This document shows, piece after piece, positions 19,257 to 29,247 of a stretch of 64,000 nucleotides of DNA. The position numbers and the translations under genes are program-made. This DNA comes from an uncultured virus (IMG/VR IMGVR_UViG_3300001605_000010) (lineage: Duplodnaviria; Heunggongvirae; Uroviricota; Caudoviricetes): IMG/VR virus record IMGVR_UViG_3300001605_000010, positions 1-64,000 of that record. One strand, given 5' to 3'. The notes beneath the pieces are model-generated. The model saw nothing but the letters and a program-made list of their open reading frames with translations, did not search any database and was not told the DNA's origin. Each line of letters begins with the position of its first letter. The first letter of the stretch is position 1.

Positions 19257-19837
19257 TTGATAAATGAAATTTTCCTGCAGTCTGGATAGTTGCCGATCTG
19301 AGATTGCGGTACTATGTTGGGCAATGTACGTATGCCAAGATCACAACTTTCCAGACTGGGACAATAATGATATCCGGGACCAAAATATCCTTGATCGGCC
19401 CAAGGGCTTATTGAGAGATCGCGACCGTCTGATCTCATGCGGCTGAGATCATAATATCCTACTTCGTCGTCTAACAATATTGCTCCGCACTGGCCTCCTA
19501 GATCCATGGGTTTGGTATGTCCAAAACTCAAGACCTGTATCTGGCCAGGCCGGTACATGCCGGGTTCTAATCTGCGTGCAGAATCCCAGATGTTGGTACC
19601 ATGAAACTGATATTCACCTTGCCACCGCTCGTCAGTCAGCTGGAACTTGATCTTGAGATTTTGAATGGTCTGGGGTATCGACAGATAGGTAAAAGCTGTA
19701 AACTCTACCTGTCGTACTCGATAGTAACGCATCACCAGCTCGATACCATGTGTGCAACCATCTGTTACAACCACATACGGAGCGCTGGTATACTGTGCTA
19801 GATCTCGTTCAAACTGGAACAAGGTATCAAATGTCAT
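19253..19837 (-). CDS. DegT/DnrJ-like PLP aminotransferase (short form)
   Basis: FERDLAQY...DGCTHGI, IWDSA, LSFGHTKP. Confidence 0.7.
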   Translation of the reverse strand: MTFDTLFQFERDLAQYTSAPYVVVTDGCTHGIELVMRYYRVRQVEFTAFTYLSIPQTIQNLKIKFQLTDERWQGEYQFHGTNIWDSARRLEPGMYRPGQIQVLSFGHTKPMDLGGQCGAILLDDEVGYYDLSRMRSDGRDLSISPWADQGYFGPGYHYCPSLESCDLGIRTLPNIVPQSQIGNYPDCRKISFIN

Positions 19838-20784
19838 TTCATGTACCAGGTCCAGGCGTGCTGTATCATGTCATCTAACCCAAATCGAGACAGTGCGCCC
19901 CCCACACTCTGCCACTTTTGCGGAGATGCGGTCAGCATAGCCGGATCACCTTCACGTCTGGGACCTGTGACTATGCGAAGTGTTCGGCCGGTGATGCGTT
20001 CAGCAGCAGCAATGATTTCGCGATTGCTGACACCGGTGCTGGTTCCTAGATTGTACACTCCCGAAGGTATGTCTCGGGAGATGGCCTGAATGTGTGCGTC
20101 AGCGATATCCTCTACGTGTACATAATCTCGGATACATGTGCCATCTGGAGTGGCATAATCGTCACCGTTGAGAGTAAATTCCCGGTCATCTCTCAGGCTT
20201 TCTAGAACCCGTGCGATGATGTGCGTGGCTCCACGGCGTTGCCCGTGCCGTGCCTGACTGTCGGCACCACATGCATTAAAATAACGGAACGCAACAAAGT
20301 CTAGGTTATACGCACGCTGATAACTCTGCATCATCCACTCGATCATGCGTTTGCTTTCACCATAGGGAGAGATAGGTTCGCAAGGGTCTACTTCTGAACA
20401 GGGTGTCATCACAGGTTCTCCGTAGCAGGCAGCACTGGATGCGAATATCACACGTGTGTTGATTTTGTGAGAAACAATAGAGTCCAGGAATGTCTTGGTC
20501 TTGACAAAATTGTTGTGGTAATAGTCAGCTGGTCGACCCAGGCTGGGTCCAACAAGACTGGATCCCGCACAATGCACGATGGCCATGGGCGAGTACTCAT
20601 CCAGGAGTTGCAGGCTGTGGCTCTTGGCAAAATCCTCTTGGTAAAATCTATCCGCGCATCTGATGTTCTCAGGCGCAGCCACGGTATCGATCGCCACCAC
20701 AGAGTATCCATGGTCCTTGAGTCTCAACACCGTTTCTCCACCAATGAATCCTGCTGCTCCGGTGACGAAAACATTTTTCTTCAT
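19834..20784 (-). CDS. galE: UDP-glucose 4-epimerase
   Basis: GAAGFIG, YGESK, RYFNACGA, DGTCIRDYVHVED. Confidence 0.9.
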   Translation of the reverse strand: MKKNVFVTGAAGFIGGETVLRLKDHGYSVVAIDTVAAPENIRCADRFYQEDFAKSHSLQLLDEYSPMAIVHCAGSSLVGPSLGRPADYYHNNFVKTKTFLDSIVSHKINTRVIFASSAACYGEPVMTPCSEVDPCEPISPYGESKRMIEWMMQSYQRAYNLDFVAFRYFNACGADSQARHGQRRGATHIIARVLESLRDDREFTLNGDDYATPDGTCIRDYVHVEDIADAHIQAISRDIPSGVYNLGTSTGVSNREIIAAAERITGRTLRIVTGPRREGDPAMLTASPQKWQSVGGALSRFGLDDMIQHAWTWYMK

Positions 20785-20792
20785 TGAGTCTC

Positions 20793-21995
20793 CTAGTATT
20801 TTGAGGGTGCTACATGATCACGATATCGATTGCCCGAACGGTTCCACTGTTCACCTTGGCCGGTGATGATGTCTACTACTCGATCTACAGTACCATCGTT
20901 CCAGTCTGATATTCGGCCTTGATACACACTGGGTCGGGCCAGCAACTGCATGAGTTTGTTGATGGCATCGTCCTGGCTCCAAGGAACATACATGCGAGTA
21001 TGATCATTGGCAAAGGTCTCGGGAAAACTGCGATATGCCGGATACAAGACATTACAGCCAAGGGCATCAGCTTCGCTCACTGTGTTGCTTACCCAATCCT
21101 GCAAGGCACAGTTAAACAACACACGACTATTGTTGACTATTTCGTAATAGTCATTTTTCTTTAGATTTTCATAGATCCGGAGGTAACTCTGTTGCTCCAT
21201 TTCGCGAGCACGTTCGATATATCGGGGGTTGTTGCTGCGCAAAGGGCCACCTGACAGCACAGCAAATTCCACACGTTTATCAGGATCAAGTCCATTGGCA
21301 TCATGCCGGCGATTCCATTCTGCGATCAGATCCATGAAAAAGTCTGGTTGTTTTTCCTGATCAAATCGTGCTGCAAACACCACACGCATTGCACGGTCAT
21401 CGAATGGGCGGATTTTATCTGCACCTCCGATGCGTTCCTGTACTTCGGCTTTGCCAAATGCCAGGCCGGAGATGTTGTAGATAGGAGCACGCCATCCAGC
21501 GATGCGCATATGAGCCACCATCTCTTCATTGGTGGCCAAGACACCAGTCACGAAATGATTGACCATGTGCTCATATGTTGACATCCATCCGGCCATGCCC
21601 CAGACATGCACGAAATCGTCAGGGTCAATGGCCTGTGCCAAGCACCTGACAAATACTTTGGGTCGTTGGTTTTCGGGAATCTGATCCATGATGTAAGGCA
21701 ATGATTCGATTCCGGGTTGGAACATGTCTTCAAAATAGATCACATCCTCCGCAGTCACATCACCGTTACGCATCATCTGCACAAGATTCATCATCTGGCT
21801 CATGGCAAAATAACTTCGACCATGTGCGTCCAGTACCTGTCCCACAGATATAGCCTTGGTGTCGTCGATGGTGGATCCCGGGACATACACAACATCCAGT
21901 CCGCGACGATCAAATACCCTGCGATTCCATTCCGTGAGTTGAAGAGTGTACCTGGCCTCGTATGATTCGAGGCCCATGTAAAAAAGTCGACGCAT
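20793..21995 (-). CDS. GT-B glycosyltransferase
   Basis: AARFDQEKQP; VLFNCALQDWVSNTVSEA...LYPAYRSFPE (GT-B donor-binding motif). Confidence 0.7.
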   Translation of the reverse strand: MRRLFYMGLESYEARYTLQLTEWNRRVFDRRGLDVVYVPGSTIDDTKAISVGQVLDAHGRSYFAMSQMMNLVQMMRNGDVTAEDVIYFEDMFQPGIESLPYIMDQIPENQRPKVFVRCLAQAIDPDDFVHVWGMAGWMSTYEHMVNHFVTGVLATNEEMVAHMRIAGWRAPIYNISGLAFGKAEVQERIGGADKIRPFDDRAMRVVFAARFDQEKQPDFFMDLIAEWNRRHDANGLDPDKRVEFAVLSGGPLRSNNPRYIERAREMEQQSYLRIYENLKKNDYYEIVNNSRVLFNCALQDWVSNTVSEADALGCNVLYPAYRSFPETFANDHTRMYVPWSQDDAINKLMQLLARPSVYQGRISDWNDGTVDRVVDIITGQGEQWNRSGNRYRDHVAPSKY

Positions 21996-22000
21996 GCGGA

Positions 22001-22207
22001 TTACCTCCGACTGTCTTGGGACCACATGTCCTTGGCATGCTTGCCCTGGAGATGCTTATTGAATTGCTGGTAAGCATAGCTCTTCCAGTTGTACAAGTCT
22101 TTCTCATCGTACTTGTAACCAAAATCCTGGCAAAAGCGTAGATACTGATCAAGGTCGTCAAACAAAGCACGGACCTTGGGATTGTGTTTGAACGTGGGTT
22201 TGGCCAT
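22001..22207 (-). CDS. Hypothetical protein
   Basis: 68-aa ORF in operon. Confidence 0.7.
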   Translation of the reverse strand: MAKPTFKHNPKVRALFDDLDQYLRFCQDFGYKYDEKDLYNWKSYAYQQFNKHLQGKHAKDMWSQDSRR

Positions 22208-22219
22208 GTTCTTTCTCTC

Positions 22220-22669
22220 TTAAATGTTGACGGAAAGGTTAGGGCGGTGAGTTTCGTACTTGATCAAGCATCCGTTCTCACCATCTTCGGACACTTCTAT
22301 CCACACAGCTCGACCTGGATAGCGGCCTGCTACTTGTATATATAGGTCATCTGCCATCATCTCGCAACTTTTGTAGTCTAGCGACAAACAACCTTGTGAG
22401 CTATCGTACAACCGTTCAAGCCACCGCTTGAACTGTATGAACTCCACGTCTCGATCATTGTGGAATACGTCGAGCCATACACGAAAATGGAAAATATGGC
22501 GATGGGGATTAGCAAGGAATGAAACATCGTATTCGTCTCCGGTGGCCAGCTGGGGGTCAGTGGCCGCTGCTGGATACTTATGTATGCCTTCGCGACGGAA
22601 GGTCACCCAAATCTTGCGATCTGCAAACCTCATGATTCTTTCGACGGTTTCTCGCTGTTCTTGTGTCAT
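22220..22669 (-). CDS. QueD-like T-fold protein, probable CDG decarboxylase (DpdL-like)
   Basis: EGIH, LANPHRHIFHF, RDVEFI, SCEM, VSEDGENG; adjacent to dpdA. Confidence 0.65.
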   Translation of the reverse strand: MTQEQRETVERIMRFADRKIWVTFRREGIHKYPAAATDPQLATGDEYDVSFLANPHRHIFHFRVWLDVFHNDRDVEFIQFKRWLERLYDSSQGCLSLDYKSCEMMADDLYIQVAGRYPGRAVWIEVSEDGENGCLIKYETHRPNLSVNI

Positions 22670-23175
22670 TTCACTACCTTGTCTTTTGAATATTGTTGCC
22701 AGTCTGTGAAACTTTCACGTGTCATTAAATCGTGCAATTGGTGTACCCATACACCGGGATTGCTGTCTGCGAAATCACGATCGTCGATTTTTACGCAGGT
22801 ATTATAGTTCCAAAGTCGGATATATGGAATAGGTACTTTGATGATGGGAATAAATCGATCACGCTCGCAAAGACCGCCTTCGTGGAATTCTTCCACGTAC
22901 TGGAGAGGAATATCTAGGCTGCACCAGTAACCACGATCCAGGAAAGTCATGATAACATTTTCCCAAGCACGTAACTCATCCACAGATCCGGGATGATAAC
23001 TGTCGTTGGCACCAAAGAAGATGTGGAAGGTGTCAGCCGTGCGGCCCAGGGCTTGTTCGATCTCTTCTACAGTGTGATAACCGACCACAAACAGTGTCCG
23101 CTGGCCCTGGGCCGGTGTGTGTTCTACTTCTTCGCCAAAGAAGAAGTCTGCAGATTCGTGTCCTGCTCTATTCAT
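22666..23175 (-). CDS. Hypothetical protein between dpdA and the dpdL-like gene
   Basis: 169-aa ORF translationally coupled on both sides. Confidence 0.75.
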   Translation of the reverse strand: MNRAGHESADFFFGEEVEHTPAQGQRTLFVVGYHTVEEIEQALGRTADTFHIFFGANDSYHPGSVDELRAWENVIMTFLDRGYWCSLDIPLQYVEEFHEGGLCERDRFIPIIKVPIPYIRLWNYNTCVKIDDRDFADSNPGVWVHQLHDLMTRESFTDWQQYSKDKVVK

Positions 23176-24770
23176 TATACGCTGTCCTCTAATTGATCTA
23201 GTTTGTTTTGATCAAACTCTTCACTTGGTGGTGTTTCCTCTTCTACATCAAATAAAGCGTTGAATTGGCTGTGGGAATTTACCGCACGTTTACCAGTGAA
23301 CCCACGGGTTCCTACAACTCTTTCCCATACTTTAGCATGATCGTCGATGATCTGCAAGCTCTTTTGGCGGTCACGTGCTGCAAATATCCGATTTATGATG
23401 CTGCGTACATTGAGATTTGGATCAAACTCGTTGAGCATCATGTCGGGAGCCTGTCCCTGATCATAGAGTCTATTGGCTCGTTGCACTGACTCGATGTGCA
23501 TCCAGACATTGTGTGCCATGAGCAAGGCATAGGAAAACGAATCCCAGGAAGTGCGTCCAATTTTATCGATCTTGTTGAGATCCGGAATCACATGATAGTG
23601 ATCGGGGTTGGTGAAGTCAAACGGAACGCCAGCCAACTCGGCATCAGTTTTGCGCACTCCGTCTTTGTAGATACAGATGTCTTGTATCTTGAGTCGAGCC
23701 GAAACTGGTGAATCCTCAAAACTTTTGTGGACGCCGTCTTGCATCACTGCATCGCGGAAGGATCTTTGATCAGTGGCATACCTCTTGCTGTCGGCAGTGG
23801 GTTCCATGAGATAGCTCCATTTGCCTAGATTTTCGGTGGCGATGGTATGATAGGCCAAGCCATTGGCTGTGGCCAGGAACGGAGAAGCGCAGTCAAAACT
23901 AATGGTAAAACGGGGATTATGATATTGTCGTACCGCACGCTGGATGTCAGTGAGCAGTAATGCCCATTCTAGTTTTGATGTGCCCAAGAAGTGCATCCAG
24001 TCATGCACACCGGTTTCCAACAAGCCATCATGTATGAGATGTACCAGTCTCTTCAAGATCAAATGTACATCACACATGTTCTGACCGCCCATGCCCCAAC
24101 CATTGAAATGATTTTTGTGCTGGGCAGGATCGCAGTAGCCTTTCATCTCATCGTACCAATGATCAGCTTCGGCATGATTTGATCCTTGCAGAACGTTCAG
24201 GATCTTGGTATCACCATAACGATTGGCCATCCAGAATTCATTGTTGTAGCGTGTAGCATTCACAGCATCATCATAACTGTAGATACCGCACTTGGCAGCG
24301 GCTTCTCGATCGAGATAGGTCCATGTGGGTATGTCCATGGTCATGCCATGAGTGGCAATGCTCATCTGCCATTTCAAAACCGCCTCTCGCTGCCGATGGG
24401 CTTTTTTATCTGAAGGATCGTTCCAACGTCCGGGCCATACGCCTTTGGCGATCTGGAATCCGCCCGAGTCTGCCAACATAATAGTATTGGCATCACGATT
24501 GCGGATCATATCTTCTTTGGGAACATGCTTGTCAACATCAAGATTGGCATGGCCGGCCGAATAAAGGCTCCACTGATATGGAAACAGTGCTTTTTGTGGA
24601 TTCAACCAGTTCAACATCTCCATGTCAGGTATGCCTGCAGGCATCCTAGTACCATCGATATAAGGACCGGCTCGTTGTTTGCCTATGTATGTGGCAAAGA
24701 AACTGGAAATAGCCGGCAAGAAAACAGCGTAATCTTGCTGTTTGCTGGTGAGATCGTCTTGTTCAATCAC
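23175..24770 (-). CDS. dpdA: DNA guanine transglycosylase (TGT/DpdA family)
   Basis: LADSGGFQ, MTMDIP, LNVLQG, GWGMGG, HFLG, SFDCASP; linked to folE/queD/queE. Confidence 0.75.
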   Translation of the reverse strand: MIEQDDLTSKQQDYAVFLPAISSFFATYIGKQRAGPYIDGTRMPAGIPDMEMLNWLNPQKALFPYQWSLYSAGHANLDVDKHVPKEDMIRNRDANTIMLADSGGFQIAKGVWPGRWNDPSDKKAHRQREAVLKWQMSIATHGMTMDIPTWTYLDREAAAKCGIYSYDDAVNATRYNNEFWMANRYGDTKILNVLQGSNHAEADHWYDEMKGYCDPAQHKNHFNGWGMGGQNMCDVHLILKRLVHLIHDGLLETGVHDWMHFLGTSKLEWALLLTDIQRAVRQYHNPRFTISFDCASPFLATANGLAYHTIATENLGKWSYLMEPTADSKRYATDQRSFRDAVMQDGVHKSFEDSPVSARLKIQDICIYKDGVRKTDAELAGVPFDFTNPDHYHVIPDLNKIDKIGRTSWDSFSYALLMAHNVWMHIESVQRANRLYDQGQAPDMMLNEFDPNLNVRSIINRIFAARDRQKSLQIIDDHAKVWERVVGTRGFTGKRAVNSHSQFNALFDVEEETPPSEEFDQNKLDQLEDSV

Positions 24771-25498
24771 TTGCGCTGTGCCGGGAGGATATAGTTGTAT
24801 TCGGCGATGCCCGAGTTTACTGTGATCTGTGCAGCACCATCATCGGAAATACGCATGACTTTGTCGCCGGTGAGATCCAAGATCGAAATCACTTGTCGGA
24901 CTGGATATGCCCAGGCATGCTTCAATGCACCAGTGACTCCGGCATGAAACATGAATTCACCAGCGTGTGTGGAATGATCACCAAAATTGAACTTGAGGCT
25001 ATTGCCGTCCGTTTTGACATGGAACGTGGCTTCTTCGGCGTTGGCCTGTGCCTGCATTTTAAGGCGTTGTATACCCGCCACTGTAGGCTCAAATTCAATG
25101 TTCCAGTTAGCACCACGAAACTTGGCAGTTTTGAGTTTTTCTGTAACGATCTCTGCGGTCATGAAGCGATAGTCATTTTTAAAATCATGTGTGACATTTT
25201 CAAAATGTAGACCCACCGGTGCAGATTCGCCATTACGATCCTGTCGTGACACCGTGATCTCTGCGTTTTCGCGATACTCGCCGAGGTTTAACAGGATCTT
25301 GAGTTTGGCGAGATTGGGCATACCAAACGTGCCAATGAATTCTGGTACAGGTTTAGAAAACTTGGCCTGTACCACTACCGAGCGATCTTCGGCCAAGGCA
25401 TCGATTACCGTGGTTTTATCTGTACCGGTGATCTTTACCAGATCGATACAGCCCAGGTCATAAGTGTGTTCTACTAAGTCTAACAAGTGGTCTTTCAT
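24767..25498 (-). CDS. Sliding clamp (T4 gp45-like)
   Basis: 243 aa, FGMPNL, C-terminal YILPA; near the DNA polymerase. Confidence 0.65.
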   Translation of the reverse strand: MKDHLLDLVEHTYDLGCIDLVKITGTDKTTVIDALAEDRSVVVQAKFSKPVPEFIGTFGMPNLAKLKILLNLGEYRENAEITVSRQDRNGESAPVGLHFENVTHDFKNDYRFMTAEIVTEKLKTAKFRGANWNIEFEPTVAGIQRLKMQAQANAEEATFHVKTDGNSLKFNFGDHSTHAGEFMFHAGVTGALKHAWAYPVRQVISILDLTGDKVMRISDDGAAQITVNSGIAEYNYILPAQRK

Positions 25499-25530
25499 GA
25501 GTTCTCCGTTTTAAATTGTGAATGAATGAT

Positions 25531-26472
25531 TTATTTGCGCACTACCTTGGCCATGGCCTGTCCACCACGGAGAGATACCAAGGTACCAGGTTTCCGTAGT
25601 TCTAACCAAGTGTTGGGTACATGCGTGTCATATCTGAAATGTATGTCGTATCCTATTTTCTTGGCCAGCTGTTCCAACATCTTACCTGGAGTATAGCACA
25701 TATAAAATACTTCTGTCAAGCCTGTGCCTTCGGCGAAATCGCAGTTGTTGTAGGTCAAGGCCAGGGTTCCGCCGGGCTTTAGTTTTACATATATTTCTTT
25801 GAAATACTGTTCGATGATCTCTAGTGGCCGGAAGTTAAAAAAATTGTATGCTAATACAAATCCAAATTGACCATTGGGTATATCGGGAAATATCTCTTCG
25901 GTGGAACTTTCTTTCATGACATAGGTTCTCAGTCTGGATTGATATTTCTCGCCAAATCTCTGTTTGGCTGGTTCTAGTAACCCATGTGATTGATCAACCA
26001 AGTACAAGGGATCGCAGGCAACCAACCGATCAATGAACGATTCGCGACCGGGACGTATGATCATCGCCGGATATTTCCATTCATCGTAGAGTTCGATCCT
26101 GGAAGTGATAAAATCGTAGATATCCTGGGTGATGTCTTTGAGCGGACGGTCCAGTATATAATCCACGGTATCATTTTGTATCATTTCCTCGTAGAGCTGA
26201 TAGCTTCGAACAAAATATGGAGGTTGTAGAGATTCGATCACTGCATCCATGTCATGATTTAATTTTGTAATTGTTTCCTGAAATTTTTGGAAGTCTTGGT
26301 TGATAGCATCAAACTGTTGTTGCAAGGTCTGGGAAAATTCTCCAAATTGCAACTGATTGAGCTCTATGGTGTTGACAATGTCGCCAAGATGATCAAACGC
26401 AAGATCAGCCGCAGGGCGTACTGTGCAGTTTTCGATATATTTTTTGTATTTTAATACGTCGCTGAGTTTCAT
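25531..26472 (-). CDS. Class I SAM-dependent methyltransferase-like protein
   Basis: QFGFVLAYNFFNF...LKPGG in the C-terminal half; coiled N-terminus. Confidence 0.55.
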   Translation of the reverse strand: MKLSDVLKYKKYIENCTVRPAADLAFDHLGDIVNTIELNQLQFGEFSQTLQQQFDAINQDFQKFQETITKLNHDMDAVIESLQPPYFVRSYQLYEEMIQNDTVDYILDRPLKDITQDIYDFITSRIELYDEWKYPAMIIRPGRESFIDRLVACDPLYLVDQSHGLLEPAKQRFGEKYQSRLRTYVMKESSTEEIFPDIPNGQFGFVLAYNFFNFRPLEIIEQYFKEIYVKLKPGGTLALTYNNCDFAEGTGLTEVFYMCYTPGKMLEQLAKKIGYDIHFRYDTHVPNTWLELRKPGTLVSLRGGQAMAKVVRK

Positions 26473-29129
26473 TAGAATTCAAATAGATTCTGAAAAGTGT
26501 TTTCTGTATTTGTGGCCGAGGCTAAATCCCACTCCAACACGCCCAAGAGATTGCTGATCTTCTGATCCACAACTGTGGCTTCCATTTCGCCATCATCAAA
26601 CGGTAAGTCTCGGAACCACTGTGGTAAATGCAATTCATCAGTGGGATAGCCAATAGAAGTCCATCCCAGTGGGTTAGGCTTGAGTTTGCATACGATGGTT
26701 TTCATGCCATCTACTACTTGCATGGAATAATTGTCTGAGTTCATGCGTCGTAATGCGTTCCAATTCATGGCAGCTCGCACATGTCCGGGCATGTTGGCTC
26801 GCCCTTCGCGCTCTTCCTTTTTTGAGTACATGGTGAGATTGTTTACACGTTTGGGTGAACCTTTTTCCCAGCCCGGACGCTCGGAAAATGCGTATTTGAA
26901 ATCCCGGATCTTTTCGATCACAGCATCTCTCTCGATGCCCTGCAACACGTCTTCAAGGATTTCACTGAGGAAGTCTTGGATCACCTTGGGTGTGTCGCTG
27001 CGTTTGAGATCTAAGCCCATGGCCTTGACCTTGCCGGGCTTGCCACCAACATCCAGGCGTCGTCCTTCTTTGTCAATGATCATCACGGCATAGCGTTTTT
27101 TGGTAATAAACAAACCGCGACTGGCAACCAGTTCACGGCCGCCTCGGATCACTAATCCCATTTCTCTGGGGCAGTGGAATGCCTGTTCCATGAATCCCGG
27201 AAAACTCTGATTCACCTGTTCGGCTATAGAATCATACAGTGCGATACAGGTTTCCTTGTTCCATTCCATGCGACCTTGTTCTACTTCTTCACGCACAGCA
27301 GGCCAGGCCGTGAAATAACAACTGTCTGTGTCACCATATATGATGGCATCTCCGGTGTGATCGTATCGGCCAAACACACATTCATTCACGTAAGCATCCA
27401 TGTGACGAGCGATGGCGCGACCTGTGAGTGTTGTGCTCTGACCGATGCGTTTGTCAAAGAACCTGCATCCTGGATTAAGGATAGCACCGTACAGCGAGTT
27501 AAGGTTGATCTTCTTGACCAACTGACGCTTGTCCCAGTATTCTTCTTCTGTTTTGTCTTTGCAATCTTTGAGTCGGGCCTGCATTTCTTTTCGTTCGGCA
27601 TACCAACGTTTCAGCAACCCCGGAATCACTGCTTCTATTTCATAGGTGAATATAGTGCCATTAGCGGAAAGCATCCAAGGTTGATTGGAGTCAAATATCA
27701 TGCGCCAGATTTCTGCAGCCGAATGCACTGACTCAGTGCCATCATGCCAGTCGATGGTGATCTCTGTGCCTCGCTGTTGCTCCATCACCGCGGTATATTC
27801 TAGAGTACCAAACAGGCCCTCCCATGCTGCTGCAAAACTAGCACCTCCGCGTTGTTTGTCGGAGATGTAGTGATCGGTCATGATCGGCCGGAGCTGCCCG
27901 ATGATGGTTTCTGGTCCCATGTTAAGAGCACGGATAGCCGATGGGTACAGTGAGTTGATGTCGATTGATCCGATCCAGTCATGCATGCCTTTTTTGGGAT
28001 AAGCAACATAGGCACCTGCGGCTTGTGTGTCATCATCTGTGAGTCTCTCCTTGCGACAAGGTACTACCATTCCACGTTCGTGGGCTTCGTTGATAATGGC
28101 CTGCTCCGTTACGGCCACAGCGCCCATGGTGGTGGGCAACAGCACTGTGTTTTCGTGTGCCAGAGTATTGGCTAGGTCCAGAAATCTCAGCTTTTTGTCA
28201 ATGGCAGCGAGACCGTTGACGTCCTGGCGGTTGTATTCAATAAACGTGCGCCAATTTTGGTTGTAGAGCTGATCCAGAGTTCCCTCGAATTTGGTTTTTG
28301 ATCCCAGATCCTCATATTCTAGGATAGCGTCTAGGCTATAAGAGTGACGCTCCTCGTAGGTGTATTTCCTATAGAGCTGCATGTAATCCAGGTGTATACG
28401 ACCAACGAGATCAAATGTAAGATTTTCTGCACCAAACCTTTCAAAGGTGCGCTGCTTGGGCAACTGATCCCATAAGCAGAAGCGCCGCGTATCGTCCTTG
28501 CTCATTATACGTGTGGTACGCATGATAGTATACGGAATATCGTAGCCCTCGGAGTTCCACCCGCTGAGCACATCGGCATCTTGTATGAGATTCAAGAATG
28601 TGTCCAAGAGGTCCTTTTCTTCCCAGAACACAAAAGTATTGGAAAACTCAGACGCGATTTCATCCGCAGTCTCTTGGCTCATGTGCCGAGGAGGTCTCAC
28701 TAGAGTAACCATCTGATCTAGCCAAGTCATATACACGGATATAGCAGTGATGGCATTGAACGGATCTTCAGGACGGCTAAATCCCCGCTCAGGATCAAAG
28801 TCTACTTCGATGTCGAAAAATGCTACATTGAGTGTGGGAGCATCAACCCCTTTGTAATTTTCTTCTAAGCATCGAAATATAGGATTGATATCAGCTTCGT
28901 AAAGATTTTTACCTTTGTTTATGGCCAGTTCTTTACGAAATTCTTTGTTGTTCCTGGTACTGAACCGACTCACGGGTGTACCATAGATACTACGGAACTT
29001 GCCTCGTGGGTCATCATAATAGAAAACGTATGATGCTGGATACTCTTCGTAGTAACGTTCATTACCACGACGCCCCATGATATGTATGCGATCATGATCG
29101 CGATCAAATAGAGCATCAATATACGACAC
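26472..29129 (-). CDS. Family B DNA polymerase (T4 gp43-like)
   Basis: FDIEV exonuclease motif, DINSLYPS, KINLNSLYG, YGDTDS, KKRY. Confidence 0.97.
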   Translation of the reverse strand: MSYIDALFDRDHDRIHIMGRRGNERYYEEYPASYVFYYDDPRGKFRSIYGTPVSRFSTRNNKEFRKELAINKGKNLYEADINPIFRCLEENYKGVDAPTLNVAFFDIEVDFDPERGFSRPEDPFNAITAISVYMTWLDQMVTLVRPPRHMSQETADEIASEFSNTFVFWEEKDLLDTFLNLIQDADVLSGWNSEGYDIPYTIMRTTRIMSKDDTRRFCLWDQLPKQRTFERFGAENLTFDLVGRIHLDYMQLYRKYTYEERHSYSLDAILEYEDLGSKTKFEGTLDQLYNQNWRTFIEYNRQDVNGLAAIDKKLRFLDLANTLAHENTVLLPTTMGAVAVTEQAIINEAHERGMVVPCRKERLTDDDTQAAGAYVAYPKKGMHDWIGSIDINSLYPSAIRALNMGPETIIGQLRPIMTDHYISDKQRGGASFAAAWEGLFGTLEYTAVMEQQRGTEITIDWHDGTESVHSAAEIWRMIFDSNQPWMLSANGTIFTYEIEAVIPGLLKRWYAERKEMQARLKDCKDKTEEEYWDKRQLVKKINLNSLYGAILNPGCRFFDKRIGQSTTLTGRAIARHMDAYVNECVFGRYDHTGDAIIYGDTDSCYFTAWPAVREEVEQGRMEWNKETCIALYDSIAEQVNQSFPGFMEQAFHCPREMGLVIRGGRELVASRGLFITKKRYAVMIIDKEGRRLDVGGKPGKVKAMGLDLKRSDTPKVIQDFLSEILEDVLQGIERDAVIEKIRDFKYAFSERPGWEKGSPKRVNNLTMYSKKEEREGRANMPGHVRAAMNWNALRRMNSDNYSMQVVDGMKTIVCKLKPNPLGWTSIGYPTDELHLPQWFRDLPFDDGEMEATVVDQKISNLLGVLEWDLASATNTENTFQNLFEF

Positions 29130-29247
29130 AGAAATATCCTTTTTGGTATTTAGAAAGATTGAAAAATTTTAATTCTGTTAATATCTCTGAGACAGCTCTT
29201 GACTCTTTATCTGTGTTAGTCGGTCCATGTAAATTAAACATCAGATA

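Noticed and set aside
26472..29129. Intein or intron in the DNA polymerase
   Set aside because: The 885-aa ORF is continuous with normal motif spacing.
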